From the IMG/VR virus record IMGVR_UViG_3300008108_000044, positions 1-64,000 of that record: 64,000 nucleotides of DNA. One strand, given 5' to 3'. Below are positions 1-10,236 of the stretch, piece by piece (positions within the stretch are counted from its first letter, which is position 1; every line of letters begins with the position of its first letter). The notes beneath the pieces are model-generated. The model was not told the DNA's origin, made no database searches, and saw only the letters and a program-made list of their open reading frames with translations. The position numbers were made by a program, and so were the translations under genes. Source of the stretch: a virus.

Positions 1-52
1 GATTAGTCCGAATTACATATTACTAATAAATAAAAAAAAAGGATTTGCAAAG

Positions 53-844
53 ATGGCATCATACGCAAGCTATAAAAAAATTGACGCTTCAGTGCAATTA
101 GATGATGGCACTCTTCCTACAGATGCGGTAGCATCTGGAGTATTTTGTACTTGGAATGTTAGATATTTTTATGGGAGTCCAAATAGATGTTCTGGTGGTT
201 GTTGCTGTCTTTGGACTGTTCCAACTGGTGTGAGAAGAGTTTATTTTGAACTGTGGGGATCTGGTGGAAATGGGCATGGAATGTGTTCAACCTCCAGATG
301 CCAACATTATGCTGGCGCTCAAGGTGGATTTTATAATACAAAAATGTTAACAGTCTGCCCAGGATGGCAATATACTATCTGTGCTGGCGGTGTATTCCCT
401 TGTGAATCTATAGAATGCGTATCTTGTCGTGGATGTGCATCTTATGTTAATGGATGCAATTTAAGTAATTTTTGTGCTGCAGGAGGAGATGCTGGATGTG
501 CAAATGGAGCATGGAACGAAGCTTGCTTCTCTGATTGGGGATATTGCTGCATGAGTCCTGGGGCATGGGGTGGTGATTTTGGAATGAGTAATCATAGAGG
601 TGCTTTCTTTATTCATCAGGCACAATGCCATTGTCAATGTCAAGGATCTTCACCAACGGCAGCTCCTTTTATTGGAACTCAAGTTCAAACTCAAATTCAT
701 GAATGTTGGATGCGTTGTGGATGCTGGACATCACCATATGGTCATGGTGGTCAAGGTGCAATGACAACTTACTGTGGTGGTGGTAACTGCTGCGGAACTG
801 GATCTACTGGAGGTCCAGGATTAGTTAAGATCAGTTTCTTATAA
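53..844 (+). CDS. Cys/Gly-rich putative tail fibre-associated virion protein
   Basis: WTVPTGV..VYFELWGSGGNG...GGPGLVKISF glycine-rich domain typical of phage fibre tips; very Cys-rich; follows an AATAAATA late-promoter-like motif. Confidence 0.5.
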   Translation: MASYASYKKIDASVQLDDGTLPTDAVASGVFCTWNVRYFYGSPNRCSGGCCCLWTVPTGVRRVYFELWGSGGNGHGMCSTSRCQHYAGAQGGFYNTKMLTVCPGWQYTICAGGVFPCESIECVSCRGCASYVNGCNLSNFCAAGGDAGCANGAWNEACFSDWGYCCMSPGAWGGDFGMSNHRGAFFIHQAQCHCQCQGSSPTAAPFIGTQVQTQIHECWMRCGCWTSPYGHGGQGAMTTYCGGGNCCGTGSTGGPGLVKISFL

Positions 845-847
845 ATA
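840..847 (+). promoter_or_regulatory. T4-type late promoter TATAAATA
   Basis: Exact TATAAATA upstream of ORF 880, followed by a GAAGGAG RBS. Confidence 0.6.
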
Positions 848-879
848 TTAATCGAAGGAGTTAACCTGAACAAATAACC

Positions 880-1638
880 ATGGCAGTAAAAATTATTTCA
901 GTAGAATTCGATCTTGGTCTACCAAATGAATATATGGTAGATCACTCTCAGTCTGAAGGTAAGACCCGTAAGTTTACTTATCACGGACCAGATAAAATCT
1001 ATCTTCAACTTGGCGAAGATGGAAAAGAAAAATATGGACCATTAACTGCAGATGAAATCATGGATGGCAGACCAATGCCAGCTGATGTTGTAGAATGGTA
1101 TGAGGTTGATTGTGAAACCAATCCATTGGTTTGTCAACTCAGAGGACCTGTAGTTAATGAACTTCAGGAGATGTATGATGAGACTCCATATCCCCATCCA
1201 AATTCTCCAGTTCTTCCAGGAACTAGTCAAATGATGGTTTATGGTCCTCCAAAACCTTGTGATATCTATGATGCTTTAACTGGAATTAAGAAAGAAGAAG
1301 ATGGTTCACTGTCTGTAAGAAAACTCTCTACACTTGAAGCAATTCATGGTGATGAGCATACTATCACTGAACTTGATCTTAAAAAGCAAAGAAATCAACT
1401 ATTATCAAATAGTGATGGACAAGTTGCTCCTGATATGCCAACTGAATTAATTGAAGAGTGGAAAGCGTATCGTCAAACATTAAGAGACTTTCCTGCAGTA
1501 ATTGAAGAAGCTGGAATTGACCCTAACATTGCTTTCTATATGTTCCCAGAAACACCAAAATCAGCAACTTCAAACGCAGAACTGCAATTGTTAATTGAAC
1601 AGCAAAGATTGCAAGCAGAGGCAGCAAATAACGGGTAA
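880..1638 (+). CDS. Phage tail fibre assembly chaperone-domain protein
   Basis: C-terminal LKKQRNQLLSNSD...EEWKAYRQTLRDFP motif of tail assembly chaperones. Confidence 0.7.
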   Translation: MAVKIISVEFDLGLPNEYMVDHSQSEGKTRKFTYHGPDKIYLQLGEDGKEKYGPLTADEIMDGRPMPADVVEWYEVDCETNPLVCQLRGPVVNELQEMYDETPYPHPNSPVLPGTSQMMVYGPPKPCDIYDALTGIKKEEDGSLSVRKLSTLEAIHGDEHTITELDLKKQRNQLLSNSDGQVAPDMPTELIEEWKAYRQTLRDFPAVIEEAGIDPNIAFYMFPETPKSATSNAELQLLIEQQRLQAEAANNG

Positions 1639-1665
1639 TATTACTGTTTGAATTTTATATAATAC

Positions 1666-2199
1666 ATGGATTATATTTTATACAAATTTGATTATATTAA
1701 AGATAATCAATTAGAATTGATAAAAGAACTGAAGATATCCCATGATAATATAGTAAAATATGGAGTCTTTGATACTACAAAGGCTTATATTTACTATAAT
1801 ATTTTTGGGGTATCTTCTCCGTCTATACACATGTATAGAATTTATCAAAAAGTTAGAGAGATTGTAAGAAGTAAATTTCCAAATGAAATACTTTGGATTC
1901 AATCTTGGTTAAATTATCATAATTATGATGAGGTTTTGGGTTGGCATAATCACAGTGCCAGTTGGCATGGGTATATATCTATAGAACCACAAGATACGGT
2001 AACTGAATTTGAGAATTGGACAATAGATAACGAATGTGGAAATATTTATTTTGGACCAGGAAGGCATAAGCATAGAGTAGTCAACCAAAGAAAGTATAAG
2101 GGAAAAAGAATCACACTTGGATTTGACATTATATTTGAGAATGATTATACTGGAGAGGTATCCCCAACGGAAAACTTTGGAGCAATTCCATTATTATAA
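1666..2199 (+). CDS. Putative 2OG-Fe(II) oxygenase-like protein
   Basis: SWLN..WHNH...H.V...RITLGFD pattern. Confidence 0.55.
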   Translation: MDYILYKFDYIKDNQLELIKELKISHDNIVKYGVFDTTKAYIYYNIFGVSSPSIHMYRIYQKVREIVRSKFPNEILWIQSWLNYHNYDEVLGWHNHSASWHGYISIEPQDTVTEFENWTIDNECGNIYFGPGRHKHRVVNQRKYKGKRITLGFDIIFENDYTGEVSPTENFGAIPLL

Positions 2200-2903
2200 T
2201 GTTTGAAATTAATACTGATTTAAAAGTAAAGATTCAAAAAATAGATGATATATATTGGTCTGCTACAGATACTGGATTGGTTACTTTCAATTCAGATGTA
2301 ATTGTAGAAAAAATGATTTTTATTATTGATGATTTTTATCAAAATCCAGATGAAATACGCGAACTGACAAAAGAATCTGAAGTATATACTGATAAAGATC
2401 GACTAGCTGGTGCAATAGGTAGAAGGGTTTGGAGAGAAGAACCAGAATTGATGTATGAAATGGCACATCAAATGTGTCATGTATTTGAGCAGTTATGTCA
2501 ACATGAAGATTGGCATTTGGAATTTGATAAACAACATCATTATACTAAATGGGATGCTATGAGGTTCGTTGTTAATGTGACGAACAATCAAGAAATTATT
2601 GATTCTGATAGAGACTGGGATACCATTTGTCATATTGATGGTCCGTACAATAAATGGGCATCTTTAGTTTATTTAAATACTCCAGAAGAGTATGGAGAAG
2701 AAGAGTCTACTCCTGGAACTGGTTTTTATTCTGTAGTTCAACCAGAAGCAGATGGAAAAATAAATAAACCAAAGTTGCAATATGTTTGCCCAATGAAGTA
2801 TAATAGGGCAGTATTGTATGATGCTAACATGATCCATGGTGCAATCATGGAGACTGATATGTATAAAGACTATGATAGACTTACTCAAATCATGTTCTTT
2901 TAA
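2199..2903 (+). CDS. 2OG-Fe(II) oxygenase-like protein (DUF6445-like)
   Basis: IIDDFYQNPDEIR, HID, SLVYLN, GTGFY, YNRAVLY..H, RLTQ. Confidence 0.65.
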   Translation: MFEINTDLKVKIQKIDDIYWSATDTGLVTFNSDVIVEKMIFIIDDFYQNPDEIRELTKESEVYTDKDRLAGAIGRRVWREEPELMYEMAHQMCHVFEQLCQHEDWHLEFDKQHHYTKWDAMRFVVNVTNNQEIIDSDRDWDTICHIDGPYNKWASLVYLNTPEEYGEEESTPGTGFYSVVQPEADGKINKPKLQYVCPMKYNRAVLYDANMIHGAIMETDMYKDYDRLTQIMFF

Positions 2904-2969
2904 TTGATCTAAATATTTGTAAATCATGCTATTATAATAGCAATATTAATTTAACTCTGAGGTTGAACA

Positions 2970-4082
2970 ATGAGGTCAAAGGCGTTTTTTATTAACGGCG
3001 GAGCGGGGCGTGTAATTTGCTCTATCCCTGCGCTTGAAAAATATGCAGAAACTCACGACGATTTTATTATCGTTTGTGAAGGAGGGACAGATTTTTACAA
3101 GGGTCATCCTACTTTACATGGAAAGGCATTTGATAATTGGCATAAAGGATTATTTGAAAACGAGATTAAACACAGGGATTGTGTATCTCCAGAACCATAT
3201 CGAGATTGGCATTATTACAATCAAAAATGCAGTTTAGCACAGTCATTTGATATTATAATCAATGAATTGGATTCTCCTAGAGATCTTCCTAAACCTAATA
3301 TTGTATTGAGTAAAGCAGAGATTGTTCAGGGTTTTAATATTGTTGAAGAGGTAAAAGCAGGAACGGGCAAAGACAAGGTTTTAGTTGTTCAACCTTTTGG
3401 TAGGTCAGTTGAACAATTGGGATCTGACTTTATTATTGATACTACTTCTAGAAGTTTTTCTTTAAATAATATTGTTAATATTATTAATGAACTTAAAAAA
3501 GATTATGCAATCATTATAATGAGTGAAATTCATTTTCCTTTAGAAGAAAATGAAGACAAGTCAAATTATAAAGTTGCTAGACCACAAATTCAAGATATGA
3601 GAATTTGGTCAGGAGTGATTGCTGCTGCAGATCACTTCTTGGGTTGTGATAGTATGGGTCAACATATTGCTAGAGCACTAGACAAGACTGCTACAGTTGT
3701 TACTGGTTCTACCTATCCAATTAATATTTCTTATCCAGATCATGCTGATTTTGATGTGATTGATGTTGGTGAAGGTAGACGAGTATATTCACCAATCCGA
3801 ATTGCAATAGATGAAGTTTCGGATCGTCTTAATGATGAATCAATGGAGTTGAGTCAATCTCAAGTTAAGGAAATTATTGATTCTGTGAAAAAAAGAATGG
3901 GAAAACCTGCTGCTTACACGGGATCCCTAACACTTCCACAAAAAGATATCGCTTCAAATGAATGTTGCCCTGCAACAGAAAAAAGACAAACCTTTAAATT
4001 TGATCCAACAAAAAATTCAAAGGGGTTTGGTAAACCACTTTTAGATAAAGAAACAGAAAATATCCTTCAAAAACTTAAGTGA
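2970..4082 (+). CDS. Glycosyltransferase family 9-like (heptosyltransferase-like) protein
   Basis: GGAGRVICSIPAL N-terminus and ADHFLGCDSMGQHIARAL (GT9 DS..HIA.A motif). Confidence 0.65.
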   Translation: MRSKAFFINGGAGRVICSIPALEKYAETHDDFIIVCEGGTDFYKGHPTLHGKAFDNWHKGLFENEIKHRDCVSPEPYRDWHYYNQKCSLAQSFDIIINELDSPRDLPKPNIVLSKAEIVQGFNIVEEVKAGTGKDKVLVVQPFGRSVEQLGSDFIIDTTSRSFSLNNIVNIINELKKDYAIIIMSEIHFPLEENEDKSNYKVARPQIQDMRIWSGVIAAADHFLGCDSMGQHIARALDKTATVVTGSTYPINISYPDHADFDVIDVGEGRRVYSPIRIAIDEVSDRLNDESMELSQSQVKEIIDSVKKRMGKPAAYTGSLTLPQKDIASNECCPATEKRQTFKFDPTKNSKGFGKPLLDKETENILQKLK

Positions 4083-4090
4083 GGTAAATC

Positions 4091-5893
4091 ATGGCAGAAT
4101 GGATCGCAGCTATTGCCAGAGGGCATAACTCTGGTGTTTGTCTTTTACATAATGGAGAAATTGTTTTATCCATTGAAGAGGAAAGACTTTCTAGACATAA
4201 GTATGATGGTGGACCTCTAGCGTCCATGGTTAAGATACTTGAGTATACTAAAAAACTTGATTATCTTGTAATCGCACATACTCAACCTTTGGGGTCAGCA
4301 GGAACAATTGATTTTACTGGTGATGATATTTACACTGGTATGGCAAGAAAACTTGGGTTGATTGATAGGAATCAAGATCCATATGATCATCCTCAAGTTA
4401 TAGATTTGAGTAGAACTCACCATAAACTTCATGCTGCATGTGCCTTTTATAGGTCTGGATTTAAATCTGCAGTATCTGTTGTTGTGGATGGTGCAGGTAC
4501 ATTTATTCCAATGAATATTGGAAGATCTCAAGAGATGAGTTGGGAACTTGAATCTATATTTTCTTGTGAATATCCAGCAAATATCAAAACTTTGTACAAA
4601 CATCAAGCAGGAAAAGGACCTTGGGGATCTGCATTAATTCCTCAGGTTGATAGTTCTGGTGAAGATGAGACTGGCACTCATGAATTAATTTTGGATGAGA
4701 GTGCTGGTATTACTAAAGCATATGAAGCAGTTACTCAGTATTGTGGATGGCCTCCTATTGAAGCTGGTAAAACTATGGGATTATTCCCATATGGAAAACC
4801 AAATAAAAAAGTACCTAAAATTTATACTGATGGTGGTGGGGGATTGTGGAAAACTTCTGATAGAAATGTAATTGTTCCAACCTACCCAAATGGCGCAGTT
4901 GTTAATGAAGGTAGATATGAATTTTTGTATACGCCAGAAGATTGTAAAGACTTGACATTGCTTGAAAATCGTAGAGATATGGCATATGCAATTCAAGTAG
5001 AATCTCAACAAATGGTATTGGATTTAATTCGTAAAGCAGTTGAGATGTCTGGTAATAATAATGTAGTTCTTTCTGGTGGATATGGACTTAACTGTGTTGC
5101 AAATTATTGGTATCTTGATCAGTTAAAGGATGAGAATATTAACTTGTTTGTAGAACCAGTAAGTAATGATGCTGGTACTGCAATAGGTGCTGCTCTACTG
5201 ACTTACTATAGAATTACAAACAGTAAAAAAATTAAAAAACAAATTGATAATCTTTATACTGGACCATCTTATATGTACACTGAACAACAAATACAAGAAG
5301 TTGCTTCAAAATATAACGCAACTTCTGTTACTCAAGCTTCCTATGAAGATGTAATTGATTTGATTACGGATAAAAATATTGTTGCTTTGTTCCAAGGAAG
5401 ATCTGAAGCAGGTCCTCGTGCTCTTGGCAATCGTTCTATTCTTTATGATCCTCGTGATCCAGATGGAAAAGATCATGTAAATAGAATCAAACGTAGAGAA
5501 TATTTTAGACCTTTTGCTGGATCTATTCTTAAAGATTATGTTCATGAGTGGTTTGATCTTCGTGGAATGGATGAGACTCCATTTATGATGTATGCTGTAA
5601 ATTGTCGAGATGGTATAGAAGAAAAAATTCCAGCAATTATTCATGTTGATGGAACTTGTAGAATTCAAACGGTAACTCAAGAACAAAATAAGCATTATTA
5701 TAATCTAATTAATACTTTTTATGAGAGAACTGGTTGTCCTATAATTTTTAATACATCATTTAATCTTGGTGGGGAACCTCTTGTTGAAACTTTAGACGAT
5801 GCTTGTAGAACTCTTGCTAACAGTTTAATTGAATATCTCTATCTACCTGAATATCAAACACTAATTACTATTAAAAATGAAACCCCTTCGTAG
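4091..5893 (+). CDS. Carbamoyltransferase (NodU/CmcH/TobZ family), full length
   Basis: H.SG..EEERLSR.K, HH..HA, VVDG.G, GKTMGL, SGG..LNC.AN, GPRALGNRSIL, RPFA, NTSFN. Confidence 0.92.
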   Translation: MAEWIAAIARGHNSGVCLLHNGEIVLSIEEERLSRHKYDGGPLASMVKILEYTKKLDYLVIAHTQPLGSAGTIDFTGDDIYTGMARKLGLIDRNQDPYDHPQVIDLSRTHHKLHAACAFYRSGFKSAVSVVVDGAGTFIPMNIGRSQEMSWELESIFSCEYPANIKTLYKHQAGKGPWGSALIPQVDSSGEDETGTHELILDESAGITKAYEAVTQYCGWPPIEAGKTMGLFPYGKPNKKVPKIYTDGGGGLWKTSDRNVIVPTYPNGAVVNEGRYEFLYTPEDCKDLTLLENRRDMAYAIQVESQQMVLDLIRKAVEMSGNNNVVLSGGYGLNCVANYWYLDQLKDENINLFVEPVSNDAGTAIGAALLTYYRITNSKKIKKQIDNLYTGPSYMYTEQQIQEVASKYNATSVTQASYEDVIDLITDKNIVALFQGRSEAGPRALGNRSILYDPRDPDGKDHVNRIKRREYFRPFAGSILKDYVHEWFDLRGMDETPFMMYAVNCRDGIEEKIPAIIHVDGTCRIQTVTQEQNKHYYNLINTFYERTGCPIIFNTSFNLGGEPLVETLDDACRTLANSLIEYLYLPEYQTLITIKNETPS

Positions 5894-7397
5894 AATTGTA
5901 ATCGTTGGCGGCGGAACCTCTGGATGGTTAACCGCTGCTTTTTTACTTAAAAAAGTAAGATCTTATTGTGAGATTGTAGTTGTTGATAAGACACAATCAG
6001 AAACTGTTGGTGTTGGTGAGGCAACTGTGCTTTCATTTAAACAGTTTATGAATTTTTGTGGTTTTGATGCTGAAGAATGGGTTCCAGCTATAGATGCGAC
6101 TTTTAAAAGTGGAATCTTGTTTACTGACTGGCAAAAAGAAGGAGCAGATCTTTGGCATCCATTTGCCTATCCCGAGTTCAAACACCTCAAAACAAATCTT
6201 TTAAATCTTTGGACATTAAATAAGGATAAAGATTTTTTTACTCATGGTTGTGCATTGTACAATCCAGCGGTAACTGAAAATAAAATTGATCCAACAAACT
6301 TAGGAACATATGCCAATCATATTGACTGTGGTAGGTTGGTTCAATATATTAAAACAAAAATATCGAATAAAATAACTTTTGTAAGTCAAGAAGTTGTAGA
6401 GGTTAAAAGAAATTCTAACGGTGGAATACAGTGTATCATCTTAGAATCTGGAGAAGAAATTGAATCAGATTTATTTGTTGATTGCACTGGATGGAAAAGA
6501 CTATTGGGATCTAAACCAGATACTGTTAATTGTAGGGACAGATTGTTTTGTGATACTGCAGTTGCAGGACATGTTCCCTATGATGATATTGAACAAGAGT
6601 TAACGCCTTATACAAAATGTTGCGCTGTTGATCATGGATGGATATGGAAAATTCCAACACAATCAAGAATTGGATCTGGATTAGTATTTAATCGTGATAT
6701 AACTGATCCAGAAGAAGCAAAAGAATACTTTGTTAGACATTGGAATAATAGGATAAGTAAAAATGATTTAAAATTATTGGATTGGACTCCATATTATCAT
6801 AATAATTTTTGGGAAGATAATGTTGTTTGCATTGGATTATCCGCAGGATTTATTGAACCTTTAGAAAGCACTGGAGTTGCATTAATATGTGCTGGTATTA
6901 TTGAACTTGCAGAAGGACTTAAAGGTAATTACTACAATGTAATGGATACTCTTGTTTACAATAAAAAAATGAAAGCGTTTTTTGAAAATTGTGTTGATTA
7001 TGTAAGTATGCATTATTCACATAATCAAAGAACAACGGGTAAGTTTTGGAAGTTTGTTCAAGATACTTATAATATTACTGAGACACAAAAGTTTTTTGAA
7101 AATGAAGTTCAAAACAATCCATATGAATTACCAACAGATGGTGATTATATGTTTGTTGGAGAAAATTGGGGTGTTTTATTGTGTCAATTATTAAATAAAA
7201 ATAATATTGAACCAAAAAATAATGGAATAACTTCTGATCAAGCATTGATCTTATCTGAAGACTTCTATAAAAATGAAATTGAAAAACATAAAAAATCTAT
7301 TTTACATAAAAAATTTGTTGATGATCTTTTATCTAGAATTGATAGAGGAGAACCAGCAAATATTCCTTTTAACTCGTCTAGTCCCGTTAAGATGTGA
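5877..7397 (+). CDS. Flavin-dependent (tryptophan) halogenase, PrnA/VirX1-like
   Basis: GGGTSGW, GVGEAT, ATFK (catalytic Lys), FVDCTG, WIWKIP, FIEPLESTG. Confidence 0.9.
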   Translation: MKPLRRIVIVGGGTSGWLTAAFLLKKVRSYCEIVVVDKTQSETVGVGEATVLSFKQFMNFCGFDAEEWVPAIDATFKSGILFTDWQKEGADLWHPFAYPEFKHLKTNLLNLWTLNKDKDFFTHGCALYNPAVTENKIDPTNLGTYANHIDCGRLVQYIKTKISNKITFVSQEVVEVKRNSNGGIQCIILESGEEIESDLFVDCTGWKRLLGSKPDTVNCRDRLFCDTAVAGHVPYDDIEQELTPYTKCCAVDHGWIWKIPTQSRIGSGLVFNRDITDPEEAKEYFVRHWNNRISKNDLKLLDWTPYYHNNFWEDNVVCIGLSAGFIEPLESTGVALICAGIIELAEGLKGNYYNVMDTLVYNKKMKAFFENCVDYVSMHYSHNQRTTGKFWKFVQDTYNITETQKFFENEVQNNPYELPTDGDYMFVGENWGVLLCQLLNKNNIEPKNNGITSDQALILSEDFYKNEIEKHKKSILHKKFVDDLLSRIDRGEPANIPFNSSSPVKM

Positions 7398-8023
7398 TGG
7401 ATTTAGTTAAAGCTTACAAAAATTTTATCAGTGAAGAAGAAAAAAATATTCTTAATACTTGGACCCTATCGAATTATAAAAAGAATTATTTTATAGATCC
7501 AAAAATGGATTCAAGAAAACTTGAAAATACAAAATTAACTACAAGATTTGCTAACCCTTTAGTTAATTATGGCAATCCTCTTTTAGATTCTTCTTCTCAT
7601 GATCATATAAATTTTGTAGTTTCTTCTAATCCAAATTTTGTTTATCCTCAAGTTGCTTATGATATACAAAAAAGAATAGCATTGACGTTTGAATTTGAAG
7701 ATTTTGGATTATCTCCAGTTGGTAAAGATGGAATTGTTAGTGAGATAAGTTTTGAAGGAGGAACTGTGCATCCACATGTTGATCCAGTTTGGTTTGACGG
7801 AACACAAACAGTTCATTTTAATTTCATAACACAAAAACCTTTGTCTGGGGGAATAACATATATTGAAAATCAACCATGGGAAGTTGAAGAAACTGATTTA
7901 TTGTCATATATTGTATCAAAAGCTGAACATAAAGTTGATGAGATTATAGGTACTAAAGAAAGAATACTTTGGGTATTCAGTTTTATGTTGTCTGAAAAAG
8001 ATACTGAGAGGATATTTTCGTGA
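7394..8023 (+). CDS. Putative 2OG-Fe(II) oxygenase
   Basis: HPHVD...GG...H.V..R HxD..H triad. Confidence 0.6.
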   Translation: MMDLVKAYKNFISEEEKNILNTWTLSNYKKNYFIDPKMDSRKLENTKLTTRFANPLVNYGNPLLDSSSHDHINFVVSSNPNFVYPQVAYDIQKRIALTFEFEDFGLSPVGKDGIVSEISFEGGTVHPHVDPVWFDGTQTVHFNFITQKPLSGGITYIENQPWEVEETDLLSYIVSKAEHKVDEIIGTKERILWVFSFMLSEKDTERIFS

Positions 8024-8427
8024 AAAAAGTTTTTGTAAATGGAACGTTTGATCTCCTTCACAAAGGACATCTTGAACTTTTAAATTTTGCTAAGTCTTAT
8101 GGTGATTACTTGATAGTTGCCATTGATACTGATGAACGAGTAAGAGAAAAAAAAGGGTTAACTAGACCAATATATAATCAAGACGATAGAAAATTTTTTT
8201 TAAATATGTTAAAACCTGTTAATCAGGTTGAGTTATTTTCTAGTGATGAAGAATTAGAAAAATTGATAAAAGGATTTAATCCTGATATAATGATTGTAGG
8301 ATCTGATTGGAAAAATAAACCAGTAATTGGTTCTCAATATGCAAAAAGATTAATTTTTTTTGATAGAATAAGTGACTATGCAACCACAAAAACAATACAC
8401 AGTATTATTAATAGGGGAAACCTGTGA
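8020..8427 (+). CDS. Nucleotidyltransferase, HldE/RfaE domain II-like (heptose-1-P adenylyltransferase)
   Basis: GTFDLLHKGH HxGH motif, RPI, GSDW, TT. Confidence 0.85.
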   Translation: MKKVFVNGTFDLLHKGHLELLNFAKSYGDYLIVAIDTDERVREKKGLTRPIYNQDDRKFFLNMLKPVNQVELFSSDEELEKLIKGFNPDIMIVGSDWKNKPVIGSQYAKRLIFFDRISDYATTKTIHSIINRGNL

Positions 8428-9157
8428 GGATAGTTATATCTACGGAACAGTAGATAGAATAAGTCCAGAAGCTCCTATACCAATTTTAAATTATGAACGA
8501 ACAGAAACTTCTTTAGGAATGTCTGCTAACGTTAAGAATAATCTTGAATCTTTTGGAGTATTTGTAAATCATATTACAAATAAAAAACTCATTAAGAAAA
8601 GAAGATTTGTTCATAGTGGATCTAATCAACAAATATTAAGAGTTGATGAAGATAATTTTGTTGATCCAATAAAACCATCTGAGGTTAGAAGTGCCTTTCT
8701 TCATTTAAATTATGATGCTGTAGTTATTTCTGATTATGATAAAGGATTTTTAACAACGCAAGATCTCAAAGTATTCTGTCAAAATTTTAAAGGTCCAGTA
8801 TTCATTGACACTAAGAAAAGAGATTTGTTTACTGAACCGAACGTAATATTTAAAATAAATCAGAGAGAGTATAACAATCTTATTACAAAACCAGAACCAC
8901 AGCATTTAATTGTTACAAAAGGATCGTCTGGAGTTGAGTATTGTAAATTATTATATCCAGTTGATAAAGTTAATGTGTTTGATGTTGTTGGTGCAGGAGA
9001 CACCTTCCTTGCAGCATTCGTTTATGCATTTTTACAATATGAAAATTATGAGGCAAGATTAGATTCTTCTATTAGATTCGCTAATAAAGCAGCTGCGATA
9101 TCTGTTCAACATTATGGATGTTATACTTTAACACAAGAAGATATTAGGAGTATTTAA
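8378..9157 (+). CDS. PfkB-family sugar kinase, HldE/RfaE domain I-like (heptose-7-P kinase)
   Basis: RISPEAPIP, ISDYDKG, DVVGAGDTF. Confidence 0.88.
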   Translation: MQPQKQYTVLLIGETCEDSYIYGTVDRISPEAPIPILNYERTETSLGMSANVKNNLESFGVFVNHITNKKLIKKRRFVHSGSNQQILRVDEDNFVDPIKPSEVRSAFLHLNYDAVVISDYDKGFLTTQDLKVFCQNFKGPVFIDTKKRDLFTEPNVIFKINQREYNNLITKPEPQHLIVTKGSSGVEYCKLLYPVDKVNVFDVVGAGDTFLAAFVYAFLQYENYEARLDSSIRFANKAAAISVQHYGCYTLTQEDIRSI

Positions 9158-9159
9158 AA

Positions 9160-10236
9160 ATGTCTGTTTATTGGGGAGTAAATTTATCTCATGATGGATC
9201 CATTTGTCAGTTGAATGATGATGGAGAAATTGATTGGTTTGTTGAGGAAGAAAGATATGCGAGAGATAAACAACTTGAATTGCCGTTATCTCCTATTCCT
9301 TTTTTAGATTACAGTGAAGAGATGTATCCATTGCAAATATCAGGTCTTTATGAAATTTGGGATAAAAGAAAAATAGAGGAATCCGCCAGACAATTTTCTA
9401 CTTTAGTTCAAAAATTTTTTAATAGACAAAACTGTAGTAGTAAAAAGAAAGTAACATATGATTTATTTTTAGAACATCATGTTTATCATGCGGCTTGTGG
9501 TTTTTACAATTCTGGATTCAAAGATGCTGCAGTATTAGTCGTTGATGGCATGGGAAATTATATTAACGATGATTATCATGAAGTTGAATCAATATATAAA
9601 TTTCAATATCCAAATAAGTGCAAATGTTACCATGTTAATGTAACAAATTCATTTATGAAATCTGATAAACATCCCTTTGACAGGCAACCAATAGGTATTG
9701 GCATGATTTATAGTGCAATATCAGACTACCTTGGATTTGGATCTTTGGGATCAGGTAAGGTTATGGGTATGTCTGCGTATGGGAAAGAAGATAAAAATAT
9801 AAAATCTTTTATTGTTGATGGTAAATTAGATTCCAGTCAATTCTATAGAACTAAATACGGAATTAATTTTATACCATATGATTATGTAAATTTTAAAGGT
9901 TTTTCAGTTGATAAAAACAATCCGAAGATACAAAATCTTTATAATCTTGCATATAGGATTCAAAAAGATTTTGAAGATTATATGAGTAATTTAATAATGT
10001 ATACCCTTCAAATAACTGGAGCAAAAAATATTGTTTTGACTGGTGGATGTGCTTTAAATTGCGTTGCAAATTATAAGTACTTGGATATCTTACCAAAAGG
10101 TGTAAAATTATATGTAGAACCAATTTCTACTGATGCTGGTACTGCAATCGGTCTTGCTAAATTGCAGTACCATCAACAAACACAATCTATGGATCCAAAA
10201 CCACTTAAAACTTTATATCTGGGATTAGAACAATGA
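9160..10236 (+). CDS. Carbamoyltransferase N-terminal (Kae1-like) domain only
   Basis: SHDG..EEER, HH.YHA, VDG.G, GKVMG, GGCALNCVAN; ends at LYLG and lacks the C-terminal domain. Confidence 0.85.
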   Translation: MSVYWGVNLSHDGSICQLNDDGEIDWFVEEERYARDKQLELPLSPIPFLDYSEEMYPLQISGLYEIWDKRKIEESARQFSTLVQKFFNRQNCSSKKKVTYDLFLEHHVYHAACGFYNSGFKDAAVLVVDGMGNYINDDYHEVESIYKFQYPNKCKCYHVNVTNSFMKSDKHPFDRQPIGIGMIYSAISDYLGFGSLGSGKVMGMSAYGKEDKNIKSFIVDGKLDSSQFYRTKYGINFIPYDYVNFKGFSVDKNNPKIQNLYNLAYRIQKDFEDYMSNLIMYTLQITGAKNIVLTGGCALNCVANYKYLDILPKGVKLYVEPISTDAGTAIGLAKLQYHQQTQSMDPKPLKTLYLGLEQ

